A DNA stretch of 64,000 nucleotides from Escherichia coli (GCF_024502345.1 NZ_JALDNN010000001.1); one strand, 5' to 3'; positions 17,613 to 27,326 are shown, counted from the first letter of the stretch. A program made the numbers and translations. The notes: generated by a model from the sequence alone, not told the origin.

Positions 17613-19692
17613 CCTCTTCCTCCTTGAATATCAGGTCACTGAGATCTGGGAAGGCATAATCTTCCTGCTTCTCGCCCCGCAGTGGGATCACCTCGGCTGG
17701 CTTTTCCTGCTGTGCTTTATCCGGTTTGAATGCTGTTTTCTGGCGTTCCTGGCGCTTTTCCTGCTGCTTGTTCTCGCGGATCTGGGTTCCCAGATCCTTC
17801 GTGGTCATACCCGTTTTGAGCGGACTGGCATCCTCTGCCTGGGCAACGATGGACTCGATCTGCTTCAGAAGATTGCCTCTCTCTACCAAAGCTTCCGCCG
17901 CCGCGTTGGTATCGCTACGCCGTTCCTCTCTGGACAGCAGCCAGACATCCCAGAAGGTCATCCCCCTGAAGCGTCGACTGCGGTCGGCAAGATCGCAAAC
18001 CCAGTAGTCCTTGAGACTATTGGACGGCCGCAGGTAGATGTGGTCGGCGCTACGCGGATCGTATGCGACCGTTACCCCTGTCGGCCGGCGCCCCTGGCCT
18101 CGGTGAAACCAACCCTCCCTGATTGCTTCCTGGCAGGTGTAGAAGCAGCCGAACAGTCTGATTCCCAGCTCCGAAACCGTGGCCGACTCATGGGGCAAGA
18201 GATTTATCCGCACCAGCTCCTCGGGCGCAGTACGTAACCGGCCGGTCAAGTTGGCCAAGCCCCAGTTCCACAGCATGACCGGGATGGCTGGCAGATCGCC
18301 CGGCATACCAGAGGTTCTGTCGTATTTGCTCAAGGTATGAAAGTTGTTGTGGTAGAGGATGCCGGCAATGATGATCTGGGTGAACTCGGGCAAGGTCAGA
18401 CTGGCATCAAGTCTGTAGTCGTGGCCACCCCGCTTCCGGCTGGTGGTGTCCTCGACCACACCGCTGGCATAGGGCTTGAAACGCTCCTGCACCGTCCGGA
18501 AATAACGCTCGACGATCCCCTTGGCATCTCCTCGCCTGGCCGGTGCATTCTCGATGCGAACGCCGAAGGCTTGGGAAAATGCTTCCACCTTGGTGCCATT
18601 CAGTTCGCCCTTATCGGCCAGCACCACATCCGGCAAGCCTTTGACCGGCCAGTCGCTGGCATCGATCTCCACGCTATACTGGCGGCAATACTCAACCTTG
18701 TCGGCGACCGTGTTGGCCAATGCCACCATGGCACTGACCCAGGAAGGTCCCTCGAATCCGACGTACATACCAACGACCATGCGGCTGAACACGTCGATCA
18801 CCATGTAAACGACAGGCCTGCCGACGATAAGGCTGCGATCATGTTCTGAAACCAGATAGATATCGGCGATGGTGGCATCGATCTGGTAGCGGTATCCTGG
18901 CCCCAGTGCCTCGGTCGTCGATGTACTGCTGAGCGGTCGGAAGTCCTTGGCAAAATCCACTGCGGACACCCTGCATGGCAAGGTGTCGGTGAAGTGATAT
19001 TCGCGCCCATAGAAGTAACGGAACTGCCCCAATGTAGGCAGTTCGGAGGTCGGCAGCTCCGTCAGAACAGCACGGAGCAGATTCAGCCCGGCGGCGTAGG
19101 CATCAGGAATGGACGGATGTTTTTCCTTGAGCAAACGTTCCTCGATGACCCGGCGAAAAATGCGCTCGATGTCCGGCGTGACATTGCTCCCTTTCCCCTC
19201 CATCACCACTCTGGGCCTGCCCAGCTTGGCCTGGTTCGGCTTTCTGCGCTTGCCACGGGCGCCCGAGTTGACATAGTCCGGCAAGAGGGCATTCCTGCAC
19301 ATGCCTCGCTGCCAGTAGCGCCTCAGTAACCTATACACCGTCTGATTGGTGACACCATGGCGCTCCATGATGCCTCTGACAATGAGCCCTCTGGGGCGCC
19401 GCACGAAAAGCTGGGGGTTGTGCACAAAATCCGCCAGCATTCCCCAAGCTTCATCACGCTTCTGCTGATCAAGGGAACCTTCCTCAACCTCCCGTAGGAC
19501 TGTTTCCTCGAAGGGATCGGCAATGCTCTCCAGCTCCCGCTCCATGATCAGACGCTCCAGCTCTACAATCGATATCGGTTCGGGCAACGCCGTGTCCGAA
19601 TCGATATCGATCCAGATTGCCTGCTCGGTACCGGACCAAAGCAGGCGCTTTCGCAGTTCCCCCATCCGGAACACCTGATTAACGGGCAACAC
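17605..19692 (-). CDS. tnsB: TnsB DDE transposase
   Basis: 695 aa (GTG start). Colinear with recalled Tn7 TnsB: YRLLRRYWQRG, GPGYRYQIDATIADIYLV, PDVVLADKGE, RRGDAKGIVE, DYRLDASL. Confidence 0.95.
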   Translation of the reverse strand: MLPVNQVFRMGELRKRLLWSGTEQAIWIDIDSDTALPEPISIVELERLIMERELESIADPFEETVLREVEEGSLDQQKRDEAWGMLADFVHNPQLFVRRPRGLIVRGIMERHGVTNQTVYRLLRRYWQRGMCRNALLPDYVNSGARGKRRKPNQAKLGRPRVVMEGKGSNVTPDIERIFRRVIEERLLKEKHPSIPDAYAAGLNLLRAVLTELPTSELPTLGQFRYFYGREYHFTDTLPCRVSAVDFAKDFRPLSSTSTTEALGPGYRYQIDATIADIYLVSEHDRSLIVGRPVVYMVIDVFSRMVVGMYVGFEGPSWVSAMVALANTVADKVEYCRQYSVEIDASDWPVKGLPDVVLADKGELNGTKVEAFSQAFGVRIENAPARRGDAKGIVERYFRTVQERFKPYASGVVEDTTSRKRGGHDYRLDASLTLPEFTQIIIAGILYHNNFHTLSKYDRTSGMPGDLPAIPVMLWNWGLANLTGRLRTAPEELVRINLLPHESATVSELGIRLFGCFYTCQEAIREGWFHRGQGRRPTGVTVAYDPRSADHIYLRPSNSLKDYWVCDLADRSRRFRGMTFWDVWLLSREERRSDTNAAAEALVERGNLLKQIESIVAQAEDASPLKTGMTTKDLGTQIRENKQQEKRQERQKTAFKPDKAQQEKPAEVIPLRGEKQEDYAFPDLSDLIFKEEEDD

Positions 19693-20506
19693 TGCTCAGC
19701 TCCTGATGCATTTGATGAGAGTTGGCAACCAGGTCTTTCGGCTTCAGCTCCCGGTAAGGAGTGTCAAGATCGAAAAGGAAACAGTGCCGGGCCAGCAACT
19801 GGCGTAGCCAATAGAGCGCCTGACCGGCCTCCAGCTGGCCGGAGGTATCCAGTCCTTGGGCAATAGCGGTCAGCTTCCGGTCTGGGTGACGCTGAAACTC
19901 GAGCAGAAACAGCTGCTGGTAATGGGCGAGATCGTCCTGAGCGATGTCGCCTTCAGCATGGGCAGGATAGAGCCATTGGATATTGGCAAATGCCACCTTG
20001 GATACCTCGCGCTCCGTAACGATGACCCAGGGAATACCTTTTTCCTGCCAGTAGCGCCTTTCAAGCTCAAGCCTCTCGATAACTTCAGGCTTCTGCAGGT
20101 CGGTACTGTACTTGGCCTGAATCGCGATGCTCGGGCGCTGAGGATCTTCGAAATCCACCAGAAAGTCGCTGGTCAGTACCTGCGGGGTACCCTTGTAACA
20201 ACCGTGGGGCAGGCCAAGCTCCTCGGCGATGCGCACCGTATCTTCGACCCGCATCGGAAACTGTTCACGGATATCGGTGACATGGGGAGACCGATCCAAG
20301 GTCAGGAAGATGGCCAGTTCAAGATCGGATAGAAGATGGTGTAAACGCCGGGTCTTGCTGCCAGGCAGGCGGTGGGAGCGACCCAGCGAGGACACGTCCC
20401 TTGTGTAGATGAACGGCTTGTAGTCTGATCCCTGGCCTTGACCACGCCCGTCCTTGAGCCTTCTATCGATCTGGGCCTGGGTCAGCCCCTTGAATGTTCC
20501 AGACAT
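19679..20506 (-). CDS. tnsA: TnsA endonuclease-like transposase subunit
   Basis: 275 aa. Colinear with recalled Tn7 TnsA: RRLKDGRGQGQGSDYKP, GRSHR, HHLLSDLELAIFL, DIREQFP, TSDFLVD, LELERRYWQEKGIPW. Confidence 0.95.
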   Translation of the reverse strand: MSGTFKGLTQAQIDRRLKDGRGQGQGSDYKPFIYTRDVSSLGRSHRLPGSKTRRLHHLLSDLELAIFLTLDRSPHVTDIREQFPMRVEDTVRIAEELGLPHGCYKGTPQVLTSDFLVDFEDPQRPSIAIQAKYSTDLQKPEVIERLELERRYWQEKGIPWVIVTEREVSKVAFANIQWLYPAHAEGDIAQDDLAHYQQLFLLEFQRHPDRKLTAIAQGLDTSGQLEAGQALYWLRQLLARHCFLFDLDTPYRELKPKDLVANSHQMHQELSSVAR

Positions 20507-20566
20507 GAGAAAGCCTGCCCCCGCTGTGTCGATGACCTCAACATAGCGGATGCAGGCTCAGAATGA

Positions 20567-20628
20567 AACTTTATTTATACGGATGATACTTTATTTATAC
20601 GGATGAACCTTTATTTGCATCCCACACA
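20567..20628 (-). repeat. Tn7-family right-end: terminal TGT(GT)GGG and three tandem 20-bp TnsB-binding-type repeats
   Basis: Minus strand reads TGTGGGATGCAAATAAAGGT TCATCCGTATAAATAAAGTA TCATCCGTATAAATAAAGTT TCATTC. The repeats have a 20-bp period (C at 20569/20589/20609). The terminus is at 20626 or 20628. Confidence 0.8.
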
Positions 20629-20703
20629 TTTTACTTAAGGCATAAGCGGTAGAGTTGAGTGATAACCCTTCCATAATTTCATTTTCTAACACACTAATTT
20701 AAT

Positions 20704-21069
20704 TTAGTGTGAATTTCCACTTTTAGTCATTATCGCTATCGCTTCATCGATAGTCGGTATTGTAAAGAGAGAATTCTCTCTACAATCCTTGCGAATAACC
20801 TTCCTGTTTTTTTGAACAGAAATATTTTCGCACCAGGCTAATGTCCCGGTGAAATGCTTTTCTTCCATCCTCATATCTAGAAAAGCAAGTCGATCATTAA
20901 GGGATTGCATATCTTCAGTTACAGTAGAGGGACCTGATTCTAACAGTTCCAGACGGCTTTCCACATCAGCAACCTTGCCTTTAACCTGTGAGACGTCTTC
21001 TGCTAACTTTTCATGTCTGTGGATAGTATCAGCAAGTGCTCGTGAGTTTTGGGCGAATATCTCAGCCAT
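20704..21069 (-). CDS. Hypothetical protein, N-terminal coiled coil
   Basis: 121-aa ORF in the AT-rich segment with a heptad-like N-terminal half. No family recognised. Its stop lies ~75-77 bp from the transposon end. Confidence 0.4.
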   Translation of the reverse strand: MAEIFAQNSRALADTIHRHEKLAEDVSQVKGKVADVESRLELLESGPSTVTEDMQSLNDRLAFLDMRMEEKHFTGTLAWCENISVQKNRKVIRKDCRENSLFTIPTIDEAIAIMTKSGNSH

Positions 21070-21216
21070 TTGCGCTAAGGCAGATCCTTTCGCTTCTGGT
21101 GGAGGTGGGTATATATACCTAATGCTTAGTCAACGACAGTATGACCTCATGGAATAACCATTTTTGAAAGTGCTCACCAGCTGCGCTTCGGTCGCTCGAC
21201 ATGACTCAATACAAAC

Positions 21217-21420
21217 CTAGTTGGAGCTATAACTTTCGCCGTAGGAATTAATGACCATTATTTGGCCAGCATCAACAGGCTGGCCATCTAAAGTAACAAG
21301 TCGTTTAGTTGCACGCTCTGGAAAGATAATATCCTTTGACTGCCTATCTTCTTCAATGTCCTTTAGTACCTTAGCCAAGGAGGTTTTCAATGTTCCATGG
21401 GGCGCATACAAAGAGCACAC
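21217..21420 (-). CDS. Hypothetical small ORF (possibly a gene fragment)
   Basis: 67-aa ORF only. No recognisable motif or clear RBS. Confidence 0.2.
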   Translation of the reverse strand: MCSLYAPHGTLKTSLAKVLKDIEEDRQSKDIIFPERATKRLVTLDGQPVDAGQIMVINSYGESYSSN

Positions 21421-21562
21421 GCCGTCAATGCTATTAATTCTGGTAAAGTCTAACTACTCCACCAGTTTATTGATGCTGTAACAGTTCTCCAGATCCAGTC
21501 CAAGTTTCATTTCGACTTCTTTTTCAAATCGTTCATTTCAAAAAACTGTGAATTAACACAGC

Positions 21563-23216
21563 TCACGCATACCTGCTTGAAAACTCGTCCATCGAATTAG
21601 ATACCGTAAAATTCACCTCATCACCCAGTGCTTCAAAATGTGCATAACCACATTTTATTTTGGCATTTTCCTCCGGACGTCGTTCCACCGAGAAAAGCGT
21701 GCTTTTGGTTTCGACAACGAAATAGAGCTTTTCTTTTCCGTCCTTTTCGATCAGCACCGCCCAGTCGGGGTTGTAACCGCCTAATGGGGTATCGATTTTG
21801 AACCAACTAGGGAGTTTGGCGTAAAGTTTGATATCCTCGTTTCGCTCGAAGGCCGAGGCGAATTCCAATTCGATATCAGAGTCGTAAACCACGTGGTCGA
21901 AGACGGACTTCGTCATACCAGCGGTAGTTGGCGACCTTGTCGATAAAAAACAGGCTCAGCACCTTAATGCCCTGTGGGCGCAGGCGCATTTCTTTATCGA
22001 GATGCTCTTCAATGGTTTTGCGGATCTGCAGGCGTTTAAATTCATCCGGATCAACTTCTCCCAAGGCCTGACCCAGTTTCAGAATATCGGGCTTACTGGT
22101 AAAGCTGATGTATTCATTGCCCTGTTCGCAGTAGATGTCATCAATAATGTAGCCGTCATATACATCGCGGCCACCGCTGTACCTGGCATCCAGCAAATCC
22201 GCTCCGCTGGTCACCGTGACTTCCTTGCGCTTAATGCTGCCATTCTTCAGGCGAGCATCAATTTCGATTTTGGCACTGATCGGGCTTTTTTTATTGTTCA
22301 CACTGACCAGCTTGATAAAGGCCTTATTGTGGCCGTCCTTAACCTCAATGCCTGCCACTTCAATCTGCTTAACCAGTTTTTGCTCGTAGGCATCAACTGA
22401 ATCAAGCTTGTAGAGCATATGGTGCTTTTCCACATGGGTAGCTGAATAACGCAGTGTACACATGGGATTAAGCGAGGCGATGGCCTCTTTACTCTTATCT
22501 GTGGTGTCAACACTCTGCGGCTCATCGACAATCACAATTGGGTTGGTTTGCTGGATAAATTCGATCGGCTTGGCACCGGTCATCCGGTCGTGTGCCCGGT
22601 GAATGATGTTGGCTTTGTTCTCTTGCTCCGGGTCGCTAAAGCTTTTCCGGAAGGCATCGATATTGATGACCATGATCTGAATGTCAGGGCTGGTCGCAAA
22701 GTTACGCACATCCGACAGCTTACTGGAATCGTAGGTGAAATAGTCGAAGGCAACGTTTTCGTACAGCTCTTTAAAATGAGTCGCCGTAATTTCCAGTGAC
22801 TTCTGCACTCCTTCTTTAATGGCGATGGACGGCACCACGATAATAAACTTGGTAAAGCCATAGAGCCGGTTCATTTCGAAAACTGTACGCAGGTAAACAT
22901 AGGTTTTACCCGTTCCGGTTTCCATTTCCACGGTTAAGTGAATGCCGTATTTCGAGTCAAATGACTCTGACGGCGCGAGGCCATTTTTCAGCTGTATTTT
23001 GCGGATATTGGCATGGATGTCTTCATCCAGCAGGCGTAGGCGGTTACCAATACCCAGGGTATCTTCCTGAATACCATGAAACAGCGAGCCTTCTTCCCAG
23101 GAATGCAGCGGTGCTACCGTAAAGTTGGTCTGGCAGATTTCCTGGCCGGCGAATACGCCCGTTACTGACTCAATCGCATCACGCTGATAGCCAAGGTGAT
23201 AGCTGTAACTCTTCAA
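21563..23216 (-). pseudogene. Type III restriction enzyme Res subunit (helicase-nuclease) with internal deletion/frameshift
   Basis: The N-terminal part (446 aa) has helicase motifs ETGTGKT, VDEPQS, SAT. The C-terminal part (117 aa, other frame) has the PD-(D/E)xK nuclease tail YNPDW...VVETK. The two frames overlap at 21876-21916, and helicase motifs IV-VI are missing. Confidence 0.75.
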
Positions 23217-23700
23217 TGACCCACTTTGCTTGATCCGCTCTGTTTATGCGCTTGTCCGCCAGGCAGATAGCCAGTTGTTCTTTGTCGTGTTGTTTTTCGC
23301 GTACGTTTGAATCCGAATCGCCAGTGCCCTCTGTGCCTTTGTTTTCAGCGTGCACAAAGAAAATTACTAATGGGTAAGGTATCGCCCTGTTGATCAGCTG
23401 ACCAATTCGTTCTGCGCTTTTGGTATTGCTTAATTCCACGTGCAGAAAGGCCAGCTCACCATAGTCGCGCAGGTCGTCACTAAAAGGCGCGATATTGATG
23501 GTGCTGGGCTTTAGGGTGTAGAGCCAACGGATTTTATCAACATCGTCCTTCAGAGCCTTTTTGTCTTTAGCGTCCAGGTCGGCGTGCTCCTGAAACATCT
23601 TTTTGAACAGGGGCTTATTGAGCACACAGCTATTGGGCACGTTCAAGCCTTCCAGAAAGGCTTCGAATTGTGGCAAGCCTAACCTCATATCAGACATCAC
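23179..23700 (-). CDS. DUF4391-like protein (restriction-modification associated), probably C-terminally truncated
   Basis: 173 aa. The pattern ...KIRWLYTLKPSTINI...ELAFLHVEL...INRAIPYPLVIFF resembles the DUF4391 proteins that sit between mod and res genes. 38-nt overlap with the res ORF. Confidence 0.55.
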   Translation of the reverse strand: MMSDMRLGLPQFEAFLEGLNVPNSCVLNKPLFKKMFQEHADLDAKDKKALKDDVDKIRWLYTLKPSTINIAPFSDDLRDYGELAFLHVELSNTKSAERIGQLINRAIPYPLVIFFVHAENKGTEGTGDSDSNVREKQHDKEQLAICLADKRINRADQAKWVIEELQLSPWLSA

Positions 23701-24335
23701 GCTCTCCTTGACCTTCTGTTCCCTGAGTAACGGCTGTCAATATCAGGTAGGACACCACCATAAAGTCTTCAATGCCCTGACTGGAGGTGGCGGTAAGTAC
23801 AGTACCGCCTTTGGCAAACAGGCTTTCAATGCCTTTTTCTTCGCTCTTCCCGGCAATGCTATCTACAGCGACAGCTAATAGGTGCTGAAAGTGGCTCATA
23901 TCACACCCGTGGCGTGTCATGCGGTTAACTTCGGTGATGGCGGGTTGATCGGGCACTTTGTGCTTAAAGGCTTCACGCTTGAGCAGATCGAGTATCTTTT
24001 TACTTTGGGTGAAGTTCAGCTCAACTACAGTGCTGCCTTCGGCATCAGCGGTCACGTAGATCAGGAAGTAAGGTGCCAGCGGGTAATTATCATCTACCTG
24101 AACCGCTTCTTTACCGCTGCGGATATTCTTCAGGCAGAAGATGACGCCGGGTTTGATGCCATCGGCGACCATATCTTCGTCAATGCTGACGGCGGCATAC
24201 AGGCCTAGCGGTGTTTGCTCCAGCGTTGCGAGACGGGCCTTATCGTTCATGTAGCCTGACAGATCCATGCGGAAGTCATTGAGGGTAAGGTCGGTAATGG
24301 ATACCGGATGGGGCGTGGAGGATATGGTAGCAACC
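23690..24335 (-). pseudogene. 3' fragment of a larger upstream gene (methylase or helicase of the same restriction cluster; identity unresolved)
   Basis: The ORF is open to 24403, but the first ~20 codons are GC-rich antisense of the neighbouring fragment. The coherent AT-normal sequence begins near VATISSTPHPVSITDL. No N-terminal catalytic domain is present. Confidence 0.45.
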
Positions 24336-24403
24336 ATGATGCGCTGTCTGCCGGACCGCGCCACCAGCCCAGTAGCGACACAGTTGCACGGGAGGCTCTG
24401 CAC

Positions 24404-24575
24404 GGAGCCGGTAAAGTCGCAGGCCCGTGACGGCTTCGGTGAGGCGGTGGGGCGGGTGTTCGATACGGCAGAGTCATCGTCATTCCTGCCTGCGCCGCTG
24501 AAGACGGTGATACGTACCGTGCGTGATGCGGTGGTGTCTGTAGCCCGCGCGGTCTGGGACTGGATCTTCTTCTGA
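24404..24575 (+). pseudogene. Possible C-terminal remnant of the island GTPase (YeeP/YkfA/YfjP family)
   Basis: Frame ...GFGEAVGRVFDTAESSSFLPAPLKTVIRTVRDAVVSVARAVWDWIFF*. Assignment rests on position (upstream of the regulator/DUF905 genes in CP4-like islands) and a vague recollection of the family C-terminus. Confidence 0.3.
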
Positions 24576-24835
24576 ATGAGTAAAAGGTCATCAGCGTTGT
24601 AGTGGATGGCTCTGTTTATTCACAGCCTGGTGGATGATTATTTTAAAGCAGACACAACCTGTCCTGACCAGCAAAAGATATCACCAGTCATAAGCGCGTC
24701 ACCACTGCCGACGTTGCATCCACGCAGTCTTCTCGCGCCAGGCGTTTCGCTACGTATCACGGACATAACCTGTCAGTCTCATCCTTTACAGTAATACCTT
24801 CTTAATTAATCAATTACCAAACACGGAGATAATAC

Positions 24836-25159
24836 ATGTCTCAGACTGAGCGTCGTTATGACCGCCTGTCTGTCCGGCTTTCTCTGATTATCAGCCGTCT
24901 GCTCGCGGGTGAAACGCTGAATATGCGCAAACTGGCCGCTGAGTTTGGCGTCTCGGAGCGTACCCGCCAGCAGTCAGCGGCTGTGGCGTCACAATACACC
25001 AACGTTGCTACAGAGGATGACCAGAACACACATTTTCGCCTGGTGGTCCGGGATACCGACGGCAGGATGCACTGGCGGGCCAGGAACTTTGAGCCGGAGG
25101 CGGGTTACTGGCTGAACCGCTATCTCACCAGCGATGGCATTCGCAGAGCCACAACGTAA
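24836..25159 (+). pseudogene. Chimeric ORF: HTH regulator N-terminus fused to DUF905 (YkfF-like) C-terminus
   Basis: aa 1-43 [43 protein letters not shown] form the HTH of island WYL/DeoR-type regulators. The remainder, ...[55 protein letters not shown], is DUF905-like. The junction is near 24965. Confidence 0.6.
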
Positions 25160-25214
25160 TACATACTACCGTTACCTTCAGCATACCACCCGCAACGATG
25201 TTATAAACAGAGCT

Positions 25215-25256
25215 AGGCCACACCTCCTTCGGGAAGTGTGGCCTTTCGTATTTTTA
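25215..25256 (+). terminator. Rho-independent terminator
   Basis: Stem AGGCCACACCTCC/GGAAGTGTGGCCT (one mismatch) with a TTCG loop, followed by TTCGTATTTTT. Confidence 0.55.
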
Positions 25257-25278
25257 TCGAGAGAATAAGGAGTTATCC

Positions 25279-26097
25279 ATGCGACTCGCCAGCCGCTTTG
25301 GCCGTATCAATCAGATCCGCCGCGACCGCCCCTTAACCCATGAAGAATTAATGCAGGTTGTTCCCAGCGTCTTCGGGGAAGGTAAGCACGTGTCCCGTTC
25401 AGACCATTACAGCTACATACCGACCATTACCCTGCTGGAGAACCTGCAGCGTGAAGGATTCCAGCCATTCTTTGCCTGCCAGACCCGCGTCAGGGACCAG
25501 AGCCGCCGTGAGCATACGAAACATATGCTGCGCCTGCGTCGCTCCGGGCAGATAACCGGTCAGCAGGTGCCGGAAATTATCCTGCTCAATTCGCATGACG
25601 GTTCGTCCAGTTACCAGATGTTGCCGGGGTATTTCCGTGCCATCTGTACCAACGGTCTCGTCTACGGGCAGTCATTTGGCGAGGTGCGAGTGCCACACCG
25701 GGGAAATGTCGTGGAGAAAGTGATTGAAGGCGCTTACGAAGTCCTCGGTGTGTTCGACCGGGTGGAAGAGAAGCGTGATGCGATGCAGTCGCTTTTACTC
25801 CCGCCACCGGCACAACAGGCTTTTGCCAGAGCCGCGCTGACGTACCGCTTCGGGGAAGAGCACCAGCCGGTGACGGAAGCGCAGATACTGACACCCCGCC
25901 GCTATAAAGACCGTCAGGATGACCTGTGGTCAGTTTTTAATCGGTGCCAGGAGAACCTGCTCAAAGGGGGGCTGCCAGGACGTACTGCCAAAGGCAAACG
26001 CAGCCATACCCGCGCGGTGAAAGGCATCGACGGCGACGTTAAGCTCAACCGGGCACTCTGGGTGATGGCGGAAAAACTGCAGCAGGCGCTGAGCTGA
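25279..26097 (+). CDS. DUF932 family protein (YafZ/YfjQ-like)
   Basis: 272 aa. MRLASRFG...LTHEELMQVVPSVFGEGKH.SRS..Y.YIPT is typical of the CP4-type island family. Confidence 0.85.
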   Translation: MRLASRFGRINQIRRDRPLTHEELMQVVPSVFGEGKHVSRSDHYSYIPTITLLENLQREGFQPFFACQTRVRDQSRREHTKHMLRLRRSGQITGQQVPEIILLNSHDGSSSYQMLPGYFRAICTNGLVYGQSFGEVRVPHRGNVVEKVIEGAYEVLGVFDRVEEKRDAMQSLLLPPPAQQAFARAALTYRFGEEHQPVTEAQILTPRRYKDRQDDLWSVFNRCQENLLKGGLPGRTAKGKRSHTRAVKGIDGDVKLNRALWVMAEKLQQALS

Positions 26098-26364
26098 TGC
26101 CACCGCTGCCTGATAACGCCCACCCGGTCGCCATTTATCCTGCCCCCTGGAGAACAACCCCGGCAGCCGCTCCATCTCCGATGACGACCTGTGCGCCTAT
26201 GCTCACACCTTCTTTATCGTCCCGGTGAACTCAGTTTCTGCCGGTTAAGTCTCGCTGACGGCCACTGGCCCTCACACTGTGATGAAGACGGCTATGCGCA
26301 GTCATGTCCGTCACTCCGATTGAACCAGTATCCCCAACACAATGAATGAAAGAGGAAAAACAAC

Positions 26365-26835
26365 ATGACCGATAACACTCTGCCACTGTTCACACCCGCA
26401 GCAGATGCTCTTGCTGCGGCTCAGCATCAGATTATCGCTATACCGGTAACCGATGAGAACCGCATCAGCTTCTGGCCGCAGCACTTTGGCAGCATTCCGC
26501 AGTGGATAATCCTTGAGCCGACCATCTTCGCGTGGATGGACCGCTTCAGCACGGACTACAACGGCGGCATCTGGAATTTTTACACGCTGAGCAACGGCGG
26601 TGCGTTTATGGCCCCGGAAGTGGAGAACGATGAACTCTGGTCGCTGTTTAACACGATGAACGGCAACGGCGGTGACATGAGTGCTGAAGCTGCAGGGATT
26701 GCGGTCTGTCTGATGGCTTACAGCCACCATGCCTGCCGTACCGAATGCGACGCCATGACGGAGCACTACTACCGCCTGCGGGACTACGCGCTCAACCACG
26801 CGGAATGCAACGCCATCATGCACATCATCGACTGA
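26365..26835 (+). CDS. Antirestriction protein (YafX/YfjX/KlcA-like)
   Basis: 156 aa. ...[43 protein letters not shown]... is the family signature. Confidence 0.85.
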   Translation: MTDNTLPLFTPAADALAAAQHQIIAIPVTDENRISFWPQHFGSIPQWIILEPTIFAWMDRFSTDYNGGIWNFYTLSNGGAFMAPEVENDELWSLFNTMNGNGGDMSAEAAGIAVCLMAYSHHACRTECDAMTEHYYRLRDYALNHAECNAIMHIID

Positions 26836-26846
26836 GGTCAGCCGCT

Positions 26847-27326
26847 ATGGAGCAACAGTTACCGTTGTTTGCCCGTGAATTAGCCCCTGCCGACCTGCAG
26901 ACAGTCAGGAAAGCCTTATCTCTGTTGAAGTGCCAGCTACGTGAAACCGGGGCGTCATTTACTTCCAGCCATGCCGTCCGCGACTGGCTGCGCCTGCAGC
27001 TCGCGTCACTGGAGCGGGAAGAGTTTACCGCGCTCTTTCTCGATAACCAGCATCGCCTGATAGCCCACGAAACGCTATTTACCGGCACCATCAACCATAC
27101 GCAGGTCCATCCCCGCGAAGTGGTGAAGGCCGGTCTGAAGCATAACTGCGCCGCTGTCATTGTCGCCCATAGCCATCCCTCCGGGGAGGCTGAACCCAGC
27201 AAGGCAGACCGTCAGGTCACTACGCGTATTCAGCAGGCGCTGGACCTGGTTGATATCCGCCTGCTGGACCACCTGGTGGTCGGCGGCATGGAGATCACCT
27301 CGTTTGCAGATCGTGGCTGGCTGTAG
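26847..27326 (+). CDS. RadC-like JAB domain protein (YeeS/YkfG/YfjY-like)
   Basis: Start chosen at [12 protein letters not shown] (159 aa). JAMM-like motif [14 protein letters not shown]. Confidence 0.9.
   Translation: MEQQLPLFARELAPADLQTVRKALSLLKCQLRETGASFTSSHAVRDWLRLQLASLEREEFTALFLDNQHRLIAHETLFTGTINHTQVHPREVVKAGLKHNCAAVIVAHSHPSGEAEPSKADRQVTTRIQQALDLVDIRLLDHLVVGGMEITSFADRGWL

Noticed and set aside
20567-20626. Three tandem 20-bp repeats considered as a mini CRISPR array or iteron set
   Set aside because: The repeats are contiguous without spacers, end in the TGTGGG terminus and lie 120 bp upstream of tnsA. This fits TnsB-binding sites of a Tn7-family right end.
20629-24403. The AT-rich segment considered as an intact, novel defence system
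   Set aside because: Every recognisable component is truncated or frameshifted: res lacks helicase motifs IV-VI, the DUF4391-like gene is short, and the upstream gene is headless. No methylase motif is present. The two remaining ORFs are unassignable, so it is reported as a remnant instead.
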